NCBI GenBank assembly: GCA_046597055.1
Contig: JBKJLC010000301.1
Span: 32,001 to 96,000 of the forward strand
DNA from: Kofleriaceae bacterium
GTDB taxonomy: Bacteria > Myxococcota_A > Polyangia > Haliangiales > Haliangiaceae
Reading direction: 5' to 3'
Length of the DNA: 64,000 bases
In this document: positions 23,800 to 38,026 of the stretch, one piece after another
How the letters are laid out: every line of letters begins with the position of its first letter
Numbering within the stretch: the stretch's first letter is position 1
Position numbers and translations under genes: made by a program
The notes under the pieces: generated by a model
What the model was told of the DNA's origin: nothing
The model's input: only the letters and a program-made list of their open reading frames with translations
Databases searched by the model: none

Positions 23800-24624
23800 A
23801 TGCGATGGGACCGATCTCACAACAGCCCGAACCTCGAAGACCGACGCGGCATGGGCCCGGCCCGGGGGGTCGGCGGCATGGGCGGCATGAACGTCCTCGG
23901 CATCATCTCGATGCTGTCGCGCTTCGGCTGGAAAGGGATCCTGATCGGGATCGTCATCGCCGGCTTCCTGATGTTCGGCGGTGGCAACCTGTGCGCCGGC
24001 GGCGGCGGTGGCTCCCAGGCGGTGGGCCCCCAAAAGACCACGCCCGCGCAGGACGAGCAGGCGAAGTTCGTCGGCTACGTCTTCGATGACATCCAGGACA
24101 GCTGGGCCAAGGCGCGACCGGGCTACCAGCCGGCGAAGATCATCGTGTTCACCGGCGCGGTCGAGTCCGCCTGTGGCACGACCTCGTCGGCCGTCGGTCC
24201 GTTCTATTGCCCGACCGATCAGCGCGTGTACATCGATCTGCAGTTCTACAGCGAGCTGTCGAAGCGCTTCGGGGCCCCTGGCGACTTCGCGCAGGCCTAC
24301 GTGATCGCCCACGAGATCGGCCACCACCTGCAGCAGCAGGCGGGCGTGCTCGGCGGCGGCGCGAGCGATGCGATCGCGGTCGAGCTGCAGGCCGATTGCC
24401 TGGCCGGCGTCTGGGGCAAATCGGCCGAGGCCCGCGGCAAGCTCGAAATCGGCGACGTCGACGAGGCGCTCGGCGCGGCCTCGGCCATTGGCGACGACAA
24501 GATCCAGCAGAAGACCCAGGGCCGGATCCAGCCCGAGACCTGGACCCACGGCTCCGCTGCCCAGCGCAGCGCGGCCTGGCGAAAGGGCTACAAGGGCGGG
24601 ACGGCCGAGACCTGCGGGCTGTGA
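23800..24624 (+). CDS. YpfJ-like neutral zinc metallopeptidase
   Basis: MRW...NLEDRRG, SACG..SSAVGPFYCP, GAPGDFAQAYVIAHEIGHHLQ, ELQADCLAG, THGS. Confidence 0.92.
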   Translation: MRWDRSHNSPNLEDRRGMGPARGVGGMGGMNVLGIISMLSRFGWKGILIGIVIAGFLMFGGGNLCAGGGGGSQAVGPQKTTPAQDEQAKFVGYVFDDIQDSWAKARPGYQPAKIIVFTGAVESACGTTSSAVGPFYCPTDQRVYIDLQFYSELSKRFGAPGDFAQAYVIAHEIGHHLQQQAGVLGGGASDAIAVELQADCLAGVWGKSAEARGKLEIGDVDEALGAASAIGDDKIQQKTQGRIQPETWTHGSAAQRSAAWRKGYKGGTAETCGL

Positions 24625-24666
24625 GCCCCTCGGGGCCCGGCCAGGGGTGCTAGGGTCCCCGCCGTC

Positions 24667-25266
24667 ATGCGCCCACGCTCGGCTCGCTTCGTTATCTCCG
24701 CGTCGCGTCCCGAAGAGTTCCCGACCGCCGACCTGCCCGAGGTCGCGTTCGCCGGCCGCAGCAACGTCGGCAAGTCCTCGCTGATCAACACGCTGGCTGG
24801 GACCGAAGGGCTGGCGCGCACCTCGCGCACCCCGGGTCGGACCCGGCTGCTCAACTGGTTCCGGATCGACCCGATGAAGGGCAAGCCGCTCTACTTCGTC
24901 GACCTGCCCGGCTACGGCTACGCAGCGGTCGATCGCGGCATGCGCGAGTCGTGGCGTCCCCTGATGGAGCGCTACCTGTCCGACCGCCCGGCCCTGCGCG
25001 CGGTCGTGCTGCTGATCGACATCCGGCGCGGCCCCGAGGACGAGGAGCTCGACTTCGCGCCGTGGCTGATGGAGCGCGGCATCACCGTCATCCCGGTGAT
25101 CACCAAGGTCGACAAGCTGGGCAAGGCGCAGCGGCTGCCGATCGCGAGCAGGGTCCGCAAGGAGCTCGGGCTCAAGCGCGATCCGGTGCTGTTCTCGGCC
25201 AGCGAGGGCCTGGGCATCGACGAGCTGTGGCGTCCGATCCTGCGGGCGGTCGAGACCCCGGCATGA
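24667..25266 (+). CDS. engB: Ribosome biogenesis GTPase EngB/YihA/YsxC
   Basis: EVAFAGRSNVGKSSLIN, TSRTPGRT, DLPGYGY, TKVDK. Confidence 0.95.
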   Translation: MRPRSARFVISASRPEEFPTADLPEVAFAGRSNVGKSSLINTLAGTEGLARTSRTPGRTRLLNWFRIDPMKGKPLYFVDLPGYGYAAVDRGMRESWRPLMERYLSDRPALRAVVLLIDIRRGPEDEELDFAPWLMERGITVIPVITKVDKLGKAQRLPIASRVRKELGLKRDPVLFSASEGLGIDELWRPILRAVETPA

Positions 25267-25703
25267 CCCTGGTCGTCGTCGCGGCGACCGCCGACGACCT
25301 CGACGCCATCGACGAGATCTCGCGCCACTCGTTCCGCGCGCCGTGGCCGCGCCGCATGTTCGAGGAGGAGCTCGAGCGCCCGCACGGCCGCCTCGACGTC
25401 GCGCGCGACGGCCACCGCGTGCTCGGCTACGTGAACTACTGGCTGGTGGTCGACGAGCTGCACCTGCTGGCGATCGCGACTCACCCCGACGTCCGGCGCG
25501 GCGGAGTTGGCGCCGTGATGATGGAGCGCGTGCTGAGCTGCGCCGCCACGGGCGGTAGCCGCCTGATCACGCTCGAGGTGCGGGCCGGCAACCAGCCCGC
25601 CCGCCGGCTCTACGACCGGTTCGGCTTCGGCGTGGTGAGCCTTCGTCGCGGCTACTACGGCGACGACGGAGAGGACGCCGTGGTGATGACCCGCACGCTG
25701 TGA
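25263..25703 (+). CDS. rimI: Ribosomal-protein-alanine N-acetyltransferase
   Basis: F..PW, DELHLLAIATHP..RRGG, TLEVRAGN..ARRLY, RRGYY...EDAVVM. ATGA overlap with engB. Confidence 0.9.
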   Translation: MTLVVVAATADDLDAIDEISRHSFRAPWPRRMFEEELERPHGRLDVARDGHRVLGYVNYWLVVDELHLLAIATHPDVRRGGVGAVMMERVLSCAATGGSRLITLEVRAGNQPARRLYDRFGFGVVSLRRGYYGDDGEDAVVMTRTL

Positions 25704-25724
25704 GCCGCGTGCGGATCACGCCGC

Positions 25725-26162
25725 TCAGTGCGCCCGCCCGAACAGCTCCACCGGCCGCAGCCGGGTCGACGCCGCGGCATGACAGCGGGCGCACACCGCC
25801 GCCCGGACCGCCGGCACCGCCACGTCGACCAGCCCCAGCGCCCGCGCCAGCACCGGATCGCGCATCAGATCATCGGTCGCGTAGTGCCCACCCGCCCCGT
25901 GGCACGCCTCGCACCCGACCTCCGCGAAGTACGACTTCCCGGCCGGGGCGTCGCCGGTCCCGTGACAGCCAAGGCAGCGCGCCGTCCCCGCGGTTCGCCC
26001 CAGGCGGGTGACCGAACGCGCGTGTGCGGTCGCCTGCCAGGCCGCGAGCTGGCTCGGATGGCACGTCCCGCAGGTCGCGCTGCCGACCCAGTCGCGGCGC
26101 GCGCCGGTGAGCACGGCGAGGCTGGCGAGCGAGACGGCAAGCACGACGAGGAGGCGGCGCAT
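25725..26162 (-). CDS. Small periplasmic tetraheme cytochrome c (c554-like)
   Basis: Signal peptide and four CxxCH motifs (CGTCH, CLGCH, CEACH, CARCH). Confidence 0.88.
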   Translation of the reverse strand: MRRLLVVLAVSLASLAVLTGARRDWVGSATCGTCHPSQLAAWQATAHARSVTRLGRTAGTARCLGCHGTGDAPAGKSYFAEVGCEACHGAGGHYATDDLMRDPVLARALGLVDVAVPAVRAAVCARCHAAASTRLRPVELFGRAH

Positions 26163-26191
26163 CGCGGGTCGCCCTATGGTACGTCTGGCAG

Positions 26192-27979
26192 GTGGCGAAG
26201 GTCATCGGGCTCACGGGGGGCATCGCCAGCGGCAAGAGCGCGGTCGCGGCCGAGCTGCGCGAACGCGGCGCGGCGGTGGTCGATGCCGATCAGATCGCGC
26301 GTCAGGTCGTCGAGCCGGGGCAGCCCGCGCTGGCCGAGCTGGTCGCCCGGTTCGGCTCCAGCATCGTCGCCACGGACGGGCGGCTCGACCGCAAGGCGCT
26401 GGCCGACAAGGTGTTCGCCGATCCGATCGCGCGCGCCGATCTCAACCGCATCACCCATCCGCGGATCGCCGCGGCCAGCCAGGCCGCGATCGCGACCCAC
26501 GCCCAGACCGCGCCGGTGGTCTTCTACGAGGCCGCGCTGCTGGTCGAGAATCGCGCCCACGAGTGGCTCGATGGCGTGATCGTCGTGTCGGCGCCGGTCG
26601 ACGTCCAGCAGGCACGGCTGATGGCGCGCGACCGGCTCGACGAGACCGCGGCGCGTGGACGGCTCGCGGCCCAGCTGCCGCTCGAGGACAAGCTCAAGGT
26701 CGCGACCTGGGTGATCGACAACCGCGGTGACCGCGCGGCGCTCACCGCGCAGGTCGACGCGCTGTGGCGCGAGCTCGAGGCGCGCTACGGCGCGGTCGTC
26801 CGCGCGCCGCACGTGTCGGGGGTGATGGCGATCGCCGAGGCCGATCCCGAGCCGCTGCCGCCGCGCGCGCCCGAGCACGTGCTGGTGTCGGGGTTCCCCG
26901 CGTTCACCGCCAAGCGGATGGCGCGCACGACGCTGCGCCGCGATCCCGGGGCGACCGTCTATCTGCTGGTGCTGGCGCGCTACGCCGACGAGGCGGCCCG
27001 CTTCGTCGCCGAGCTGCCCGCGGCCGACCAGCTCCGGGTCGAGCTGGTGACCGGCGACGTGTGCGGGATGGATCTCGGCCTGGCGACCGCCGAGTACCAG
27101 GCGCTGACCACGGCGGTCACGACGATCCATCATCTGGCCGGCACCGCGTTCGGCGGCGTCGATGCCGACCTCGCCCGCCGGCTCAACGTCGGGGGCACCC
27201 GCGGCATCGTCGACTTCGCGGGCGAGTGCCGGCGGCTGCGCCGCCTGGTCCACTGGTCGACCGTGCAGGTGTCCGGCAAGCGGACCGGCGTCGTCCTCGA
27301 GGACGAGCTCGACGTCGGCCAGCGCTTCCACAACCACTACGAGTCGACCAAGCTCGCCGCCGAGACGATCGCGCGCGAGGCGATGCGCAAGCTGCCGGTC
27401 ACGATCGTGCGGCCCGGCATCGTCGTCGGTGACAGCCAGACCGGCGAGATCGACAAGCTCGACGGGCCCTACACGCTGATCACGCTGTTCGCGACCAACG
27501 CCTGGCCGGTGCACCTGCCCCTGCCCGGCCGCGGCTCGGCCCCGCTCTACCTGACGCCGGTCGACTACGTGATCGAGGCTGGCTATCACCTCGGCAACGA
27601 CGAGCGTGCCGCCGGTCGCACCATCCACCTGGTCGATCCCAACCCGCTGCCGGCCCGGCGGGTCCTCGAGCTGGTCGCCGAGGCCGCCGACACGCCCGCG
27701 CCGCGCGGCTTCGTGCCGGCCGGGCTGGCCCGCGCGTTCATGCGCGCGCCCGGGCTGGCGCGGCTGACCCGAGCGCCGGCGGCGGTGCTCGATCTGTTGT
27801 CGACGCCGGTGCTCTACCACCAGAAGAACGCGCTCGAGCTGCTCGGCGACGCCGGCATCACCTGCCCGTCATTCGAGAGCTACGTCGGCAATCTGGTGCG
27901 CTTCGTCCTCGAGGCCCACGCCCAGCGGCGCCGGCGCCCAGGCACGGTGGAAGAAGAGACCCACGACCCCCTGGCCTGA
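26192..27979 (+). CDS. coaE: Dephospho-CoA kinase fused to an extended SDR (NAD_binding_4-like) domain
   Basis: N-terminal [32 protein letters not shown]-terminal [30 protein letters not shown], all in one uninterrupted frame. Confidence 0.88.
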   Translation: MAKVIGLTGGIASGKSAVAAELRERGAAVVDADQIARQVVEPGQPALAELVARFGSSIVATDGRLDRKALADKVFADPIARADLNRITHPRIAAASQAAIATHAQTAPVVFYEAALLVENRAHEWLDGVIVVSAPVDVQQARLMARDRLDETAARGRLAAQLPLEDKLKVATWVIDNRGDRAALTAQVDALWRELEARYGAVVRAPHVSGVMAIAEADPEPLPPRAPEHVLVSGFPAFTAKRMARTTLRRDPGATVYLLVLARYADEAARFVAELPAADQLRVELVTGDVCGMDLGLATAEYQALTTAVTTIHHLAGTAFGGVDADLARRLNVGGTRGIVDFAGECRRLRRLVHWSTVQVSGKRTGVVLEDELDVGQRFHNHYESTKLAAETIAREAMRKLPVTIVRPGIVVGDSQTGEIDKLDGPYTLITLFATNAWPVHLPLPGRGSAPLYLTPVDYVIEAGYHLGNDERAAGRTIHLVDPNPLPARRVLELVAEAADTPAPRGFVPAGLARAFMRAPGLARLTRAPAAVLDLLSTPVLYHQKNALELLGDAGITCPSFESYVGNLVRFVLEAHAQRRRRPGTVEEETHDPLA

Positions 27980-27993
27980 CCCGCTTGCTCGGG

Positions 27994-28485
27994 CTGAGGG
28001 CGCCCTCAGGATCCCGCACATGTTTTTCCGGTGTCCCTGAGCGAAGGCTCGCGAAGCGAGCCGAAGTCGAAGGGCAGTCCTCAGGATCGATCACACGGCT
28101 TCATGTGATCGGAAGCGCTCACCCTTTCCCGGTGGCCCTGAGCCGGCGCCGCAGGCGCCGGGTCGAAGGGCAGAGCGCCAAGGTGCCGCACGTGATCGTC
28201 GACGGGCTGCCCTTCGACGGCGGGCTCGCTTGCGCTCGCCCTGGCTCAGGGACACCGGGAAGATGTGGGGATCCTGAGGGCAGTCCTCAGGATCGATCAC
28301 AAGTCTTCATGTGATCGGAAGGGCTCACCCTTTCCCGGTGGCCCTGAGCCGGCGCCGCAGGCGCCGTGTCGAAGGGCAGAGGGCAGAGGGCAGAGCGCCA
28401 AGGTGCCGCACATGATCGTCGACGGGCTGCCGGCTGCCCTTCGACACCGAATTCGCGTGTGCTAACTCGGGCTCAGGACGAACGG
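27994..28485. repeat. REP/BIME-like mosaic of palindromic modules CCTGAGC-[hairpin]-GTCGAAGGG (5 modules), with internal direct and inverted repeats
   Basis: Modules at 28035-28074(+), 28136-28170(+), 28210-28251(-), 28342-28376(+), 28437-28485(-). 28075-28218 is repeated at 28281-28445, and 28003-28042 is an imperfect inverted copy of 28244-28280. Confidence 0.88.
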
Positions 28486-28518
28486 TTCGTGCGAAGCCAC
28501 GACGACTCGACGCGCAGT

Positions 28519-29184
28519 TCAGAACACGGTGTCGACGTCGAGCTGCACCGCGTCGCCGTCGGGCTCGCGGATCAGCACCGACTTGTAGCCGAGCGCGGCC
28601 GGCTCCTGGTCGAAGCGCACGCTGGTCGGCGTGATCACCTCGGGCCAGTTGCCCGGGCGGGGCGTGACCACCAGGTCGAGGAGGAGATCGGTCGGGTTGA
28701 TGCCCTGGGGCGCCGCGGGCTCGAGCGTCGCGGTGTAGCCCGGCGACGGCAGGTGCACGGTGCCGGTGACGTGGAGTGAGCCGGGACCCGGCGGCATCTG
28801 GCTCATCCACGCGTTCCAGTCGGAGGTGTCGACGGCGATCGCCTGCGTGGGGCAGGTGTCGATGAGGTGGGTGATTGCGAGGCTGGCCGAGCCGACGATG
28901 TGGTCGCCGACCATCGCGAACGCGAGCACCCGGGTCTTGCCGTCGATCGGCTGGTGGCGCAGCCGATGACGGACCGGGCGCAGCACCATCAGCGCCGGGC
29001 CTTTGCGCACCTTGAGCTGCAGCAGGACGGTGAGCGTCTCGGGCGTGGTCCGCACCGAGGGCGGCACCTCGGCCCGCGCGCGACCGGCGCTGTAGGCGCT
29101 GGTTGGCGTGAACGTGACCGCGTCGATCGTGAGCTCGCCGTCGGGCTCGCGGCTGAGCCGCAGGTTCGGCTGAAACATCTCCAT
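28519..29184 (-). CDS. Hypothetical protein (two beta-rich halves)
   Basis: GGAGG upstream of the ATG and good coding appearance. C-terminal half WNAW..MPPGPGSLHVTGTV..PSPGY...PQGINP..LLLDL. Confidence 0.75.
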   Translation of the reverse strand: MEMFQPNLRLSREPDGELTIDAVTFTPTSAYSAGRARAEVPPSVRTTPETLTVLLQLKVRKGPALMVLRPVRHRLRHQPIDGKTRVLAFAMVGDHIVGSASLAITHLIDTCPTQAIAVDTSDWNAWMSQMPPGPGSLHVTGTVHLPSPGYTATLEPAAPQGINPTDLLLDLVVTPRPGNWPEVITPTSVRFDQEPAALGYKSVLIREPDGDAVQLDVDTVF

Positions 29185-29229
29185 GCGATCGTGCCTCCCG
29201 GTAGCGGATGGGTCGCGGACCGTCGCCGC

Positions 29230-30564
<1,335 letters not shown>

Positions 30565-30712
30565 GCCGACCTGGTTGGTCACCCGGGTGACGCGCACGCA
30601 GCGCTCAGCGGGTGGGACTGCTTCCAATCCCACCCGCCCTTTCGCACGGTGCGCCGCCGCCCGGAGGCCGCGCCCGATCTGTCCGGAGAAGGGCCATCTA
30701 GCTTCGCTCGGG

Positions 30713-32221
30713 TCAGGTCGCCCGGATGATCCCGCGCCACAGCAGGTGGGCGAGGTGACGGCACGCTTCGAGCCGGCCCATGCCGGCGACGTCCAGGATG
30801 TCCTCGAACGAGATCGCGCCGTCGATCCGCGACAGCAGGAAGGCTGCGCGGGTGTCGAGCGCACGGCGGGTCAGTTCTTCGTAGGTCGCGACCACCACCG
30901 GGCGGCCGGCGAGGTCACCGAAGAAGCGGTAGTAACACTCGAGGATCGCCTCGCGGCTCTTGTGGACGAGCTTCTGCGCCGACGCGAGGTCGGGGGCCTC
31001 CGACAGCGCCAGGTCGATCGCGGCGATCGCGATCGGGTGCTCGCCGGCGCGCGACGCTTGCTGGGCCTTGTCGAGCAGCGCGGCGATGCGTCGGCGGGCG
31101 CGATCGTCGGGGGCCTCGCGCGGCGGCGCGCGGTCGTCGATCGAGGCAGACAGGCCCGCGGTCAGGGCGTCCTGGACCGGCAGCGGCCGCAGGCCCCCGC
31201 CGGTGTCGCCGTCGTCGTCGACCTGCGCGGTCGAGCTGCCCGGCGGCGGCAGCACCAGCTCCTCGATCTCGACCTTGCGGCGATCGTCCTCGCGCTGGAG
31301 CCGACCCTTGAGCTCGGCGGTGTTCTGCTCCTCCTGGCGCTCGAACCGCTCGTTCTTCGGCGGCGGCTCGAGCGGCTCGATCGCCAGCTCGCCGTCGCCG
31401 TCGGTCGAGGCCGGGCCGGCCGGATCGAGCCGGGTGGAGCGGGGCCAGTGCTGGCGGGTCTCCTCCTCGGAGGTGCCCGGGCGCTCGTGCGACGCGGCCG
31501 CGTTGAGCCCGCGCAGGATCTGGGGATCGAGGCGACTGGCCGCCGAGCGCTCGATGGTCCGCTCGCCGGTGAAGTCGCTGGCCGCGTAGTCGCTGCCGGT
31601 GCTCAGCTCGATGGTCGCCTCGCCCGACTCTTCGGGCGACCGGTCGAAGCTCCCGCGGCGGCGCCGATTCGGCCCGGCCACCGTCGGTGGCTGGGCGTTG
31701 AACTCGAGGCGGGCGGGAATCCGGCCGTGCTGGAAATCGCGGGTCTCGTCGTCCTCGAACGGCGGCGACAGGGCCAGGTGATTGCGGTCGAGCGGCTCGA
31801 GGTCGAGCGGCCCGGGGACCAGCGCGGGCCGCCGCTCCGAGTACAGGGTCGGCTCGCCCTCGGCCTCGAGGCCCCAGCCGTCGTCGACGCCGACCAACAA
31901 CGGTGCGGGCTCCGGCAGCGGATCGCCCTCCTGGCTGATCGAGATCTCGTACTCGGCGCCGTCGGCGAAGTCGTCATCGTCGCCGCGGCCCAGCCCGAAC
32001 GGGATCAACATCTCGGACATCGGCGCCGGGCCGCGCCCGACCAGCTCGTCGTAGTTCTGGCGGACGTAGTCGACATAGCCGAGCGCGCGCGGCTCGGTCG
32101 GATCAACCGCCAGCGCGTGCTCCCACGCGGTCAGGGCGCCATCGATGTCGCCGGCGCGGTAGCGCAGGAGCCCACGCTCGACCAGCCCGTCGATGTCGAA
32201 GCCGAGATCGCGGTCGGTCAT
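30713..32221 (-). CDS. TPR - acidic linker - C-terminal winged-helix-like domain protein
   Basis: N-terminal TPR (GLLRYRAGDIDGALTAWEHALAVDP). C-terminal LDTRAAFLLSRIDGAISFEDILDVAGM..LEAC..L..LL.RGII. Confidence 0.75.
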   Translation of the reverse strand: MTDRDLGFDIDGLVERGLLRYRAGDIDGALTAWEHALAVDPTEPRALGYVDYVRQNYDELVGRGPAPMSEMLIPFGLGRGDDDDFADGAEYEISISQEGDPLPEPAPLLVGVDDGWGLEAEGEPTLYSERRPALVPGPLDLEPLDRNHLALSPPFEDDETRDFQHGRIPARLEFNAQPPTVAGPNRRRRGSFDRSPEESGEATIELSTGSDYAASDFTGERTIERSAASRLDPQILRGLNAAASHERPGTSEEETRQHWPRSTRLDPAGPASTDGDGELAIEPLEPPPKNERFERQEEQNTAELKGRLQREDDRRKVEIEELVLPPPGSSTAQVDDDGDTGGGLRPLPVQDALTAGLSASIDDRAPPREAPDDRARRRIAALLDKAQQASRAGEHPIAIAAIDLALSEAPDLASAQKLVHKSREAILECYYRFFGDLAGRPVVVATYEELTRRALDTRAAFLLSRIDGAISFEDILDVAGMGRLEACRHLAHLLWRGIIRAT

Positions 32222-32446
32222 CCTCGCGTCACCCTGGTCGTCGTCACGCTGGTGGTCACTTCACGGCTCGTGATCACCGCCGGCCTCAGGGTCCGCGAAC
32301 GAATAACTCGCTCGCCCTCGCGGCCGATCCATCCCGGCTGGCTTCGTTGCGCGTCGGTTACATGCGGAGCGTATGCGCCCTCCTCGCGCCTCGCCATCCG
32401 GGCGCCTCGGCCGCGATCATCGATCGACTTATCCATTCGCGGGCCC

Positions 32447-34279
<1,833 letters not shown>

Positions 34280-34444
34280 GTCCACAGATTCTCGCCGGAT
34301 CTCCAGCCCTTTGCCAGCGACCGGGGGCTGTGAACGCCCTGCCTACATCCCCCCTCGGGTAGCGCTCCCGTCTCACCAGCCGGTTTGATCGGAGGACCGC
34401 GGCGTGGAGACCGCGCCCGCTCGGAGCAGCGCCGGCCTGCCGCC

Positions 34445-35695
34445 TCAGCGCCGAAGCAGCTCGCGAACGACGCGGAGGTCGGCGACCAGCTCGCTGCCGA
34501 GCGTGTCGTTCTCGTTCTTCATGGCCAGCGCCATGATCAGGACCTCCTCGGCCTCGTCGAGCTTGCCGACCGCGCGCAGGACCCGGGCGAGGATCCGCGC
34601 CGTCGACGGGTCCGAGCCCTCGCGGGCCGCGGCCTTCTTGGCGTAGTCCTCGGCGACGCGCAGCTCGTTGGCGGCGAGCGCGCAGCTGGCGGCCCGGCGC
34701 AGGTAGCGGGCCTGGGCGTCGAGCTTGACCGCGGCCGCGAACAGCTTGAGGGCCTGGGCGGGATCGCCCGAGACCTCGGCGACGCAGGCCCGATCGAACA
34801 GCTCGGCGGCGTACTCGGCCGGGGTCTGCGGCGCGGTCGCGGTCATGGGCTCGCGCCGGCGGCCGGCGTGGGCGCCGGTCAGCTCGTCGTGAGCATTCGT
34901 GATCGCCTCGAACACCTCGTGGAGGCGGCCGGCGAAGCTGCCGCTGCGCTTGCCGAAGTAGCGGTCGGGGTGGAACAGCTTCGAGCGCTCGAAGAAGGCG
35001 CGCTTGAGCGTGCGCTTGTCGGCGCCCTTGGCCACGCCGATGAGGGCCCACGGGTCGCGGTCGGCGACCAGCCGTTGACCGACCAGGATCCGGCGTCGGT
35101 CGACCTCGTGGAGGTCGACGTCCTCGGCCAGCGCGGCCGCTTCGTCGGTGGTGGGGTGGTCCAGCTCCGGCAGCGCATCAGCGACGCTGGTCGTGCCCGG
35201 CGGCGGCAACGTGCTGGCGCGCGGGCGCGGCCCGGCGCCCGCGTCGACCGCGGCCGCGACCCGGGCCCCGCTGCCGATCGGCGCGCGTGGCGGTACCGGG
35301 ATCCCGGGGCCCACCCCTGATACGGTGCTCGCGGCAGCGATGACCGGGGGCGGGACCGCGCGCGGCGGTGGCAGCGGACCGGGGACCGGGGCGCGGGGGC
35401 CGATGGCGGTCAGGCCGCGGGTGGGCGCGGGCGCGGCCGGCGCGGCCGGGGCAGTTGTCTCACCGGGCAAGAGGATCGCGCCCACGGTCCGGAGCTGGCG
35501 CACGATCGCGATCGCGCGCTCGACCGGAAGGCCGGTCATCAAGACGAGATCGCGCACCGACGTCTGCCCGTCGAAGCGCGACCACACGAAGTACTCCTCG
35601 GTCCCGAAGCCCGCCTTCATGGGATCGAAGCGCGGGTTCTGCCGGAGACGTTGGCCGGTCGAGCCAATGCCTGGGATCTCGGCGGGGACGCTCAT
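34445..35695 (-). CDS. J-domain co-chaperone with N-terminal winged-helix-like domain and C-terminal TPRs
   Basis: DPWALIGV...LKRAFFERSKLFHPD (HPD motif), N-terminal YFVWSRFDGQTSVRDL. Directly upstream of dnaK. Confidence 0.85.
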   Translation of the reverse strand: MSVPAEIPGIGSTGQRLRQNPRFDPMKAGFGTEEYFVWSRFDGQTSVRDLVLMTGLPVERAIAIVRQLRTVGAILLPGETTAPAAPAAPAPTRGLTAIGPRAPVPGPLPPPRAVPPPVIAAASTVSGVGPGIPVPPRAPIGSGARVAAAVDAGAGPRPRASTLPPPGTTSVADALPELDHPTTDEAAALAEDVDLHEVDRRRILVGQRLVADRDPWALIGVAKGADKRTLKRAFFERSKLFHPDRYFGKRSGSFAGRLHEVFEAITNAHDELTGAHAGRRREPMTATAPQTPAEYAAELFDRACVAEVSGDPAQALKLFAAAVKLDAQARYLRRAASCALAANELRVAEDYAKKAAAREGSDPSTARILARVLRAVGKLDEAEEVLIMALAMKNENDTLGSELVADLRVVRELLRR

Positions 35696-35733
35696 CGCAA
35701 GCCAGCAACCCTACCATGCCCGGGGCGGCACGA

Positions 35734-36663
35734 TCATGCCGGCAGCGGGCCGACCGTGGCGTCGGTCATCGCGAGCTCGAGAATTGCCTTGTGGGTGTGC
35801 AGGCGGTTCTCGGCCTGATCCCAGATGGCGGCGCCGCGCGGGCCGTCCATGATGCTGGCCGCGATCTCCTCGCCCCGGTGCGCCGGCAGGCAGTGCAGCA
35901 CGATCGCGCGGTCGGCGGCCTCGGCGAGCAGCGCGTCGTCGACCAGGTAGCCGGAAAAGGCGCGGGCCCGGGCCGCGGCCTCGGCCTCCTGCCCCATCGA
36001 CGCCCAGACATCGGTCATCACGACGTCGGCGCCGCGCACGGCCGCGCGCGGATCGTCGACGACCTCGATGGTCGCGCCGGCCTTGCGAGCGCGGTCGATC
36101 ACCGCCGGCTCAGGGCGGTAGCCGCTCGGGCAGGCCAGGGTCAGCGTCAGGCCAAAGGCGGCGGCCGCATGCAGCCAGCTGACCGCCATGTTGTTGCCGT
36201 CGCCGACCCACGCCAGCCGGACCGCGACCGTGCCGAACCGCTCGCGCACGGTCATGAGGTCGGCGACGATCTGGCAGGGGTGCTCGCGATCGGTGAGCGC
36301 GTTGATCACCGGCACGCCGGCCGCGCCGGCCATCCGCTGCAGGCGATCGTCGCCGAAGGTGCGGAACACGATCGCGTGACAGTAGCGGCCGAGGACCCGG
36401 GCGGTGTCCTCGACCGGCTCGCCGCGCCCGAGCTGGCTGCCGTCGCTGGTCAGGACCGTGGCGTGGCCGCCGAGCTCGCGGACCGCGACCTCGAAGCTGA
36501 CCCGGGTCCGGGTCGACGATTTTTCCATCACCAGCGCGACGTGCTTGCCGGCGAGCCAGGTCGCGGGGCCGTGGGTGCGGGCCCGCTTGTAGGCTGCCGC
36601 CGCGTCGAGGAGCGCGGTGAGCGACAGGGCCGACAGACCGTCGAGGCTGAGGAAGTGCGGCAT
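35734..36663 (-). CDS. argF: Ornithine carbamoyltransferase
   Basis: KSSTRTRVSFE, INAL..EHPCQ, GDGNN, TDVWASMG, HCLPAHRGEE, QAENR. Confidence 0.96.
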   Translation of the reverse strand: MPHFLSLDGLSALSLTALLDAAAAYKRARTHGPATWLAGKHVALVMEKSSTRTRVSFEVAVRELGGHATVLTSDGSQLGRGEPVEDTARVLGRYCHAIVFRTFGDDRLQRMAGAAGVPVINALTDREHPCQIVADLMTVRERFGTVAVRLAWVGDGNNMAVSWLHAAAAFGLTLTLACPSGYRPEPAVIDRARKAGATIEVVDDPRAAVRGADVVMTDVWASMGQEAEAAARARAFSGYLVDDALLAEAADRAIVLHCLPAHRGEEIAASIMDGPRGAAIWDQAENRLHTHKAILELAMTDATVGPLPA

Positions 36664-36784
36664 CGCACGCGAAGGTAGCAAACATCCGCCGGCCCGCGAC
36701 GGCGAGCGCGAATCAGCGATCGGGTTCCCGCCGTGCGAGGTGCAGGCTGCGCGCGATCCGCACCGCGCGATGCGGTCGCGGCGA

Positions 36785-38022
<1,238 letters not shown>

Positions 38023-38026
<4 letters not shown>

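Noticed and set aside
27994..28485. Repeat cluster as a CRISPR array
   Set aside because: Units occur in both orientations, the linkers are themselves repeated rather than unique spacers, and no cas genes are present.
27985..28810. Short ORFs across the repeat mosaic (and 41932-42141)
   Set aside because: They are translations of the palindromic repeat with no coding signal.
32218..32436. 72-aa ORF between dnaK and the TPR gene, with ATGA overlap
   Set aside because: Atypical codon pattern and no recognisable motif. It could be a coupling peptide, but I cannot support it.
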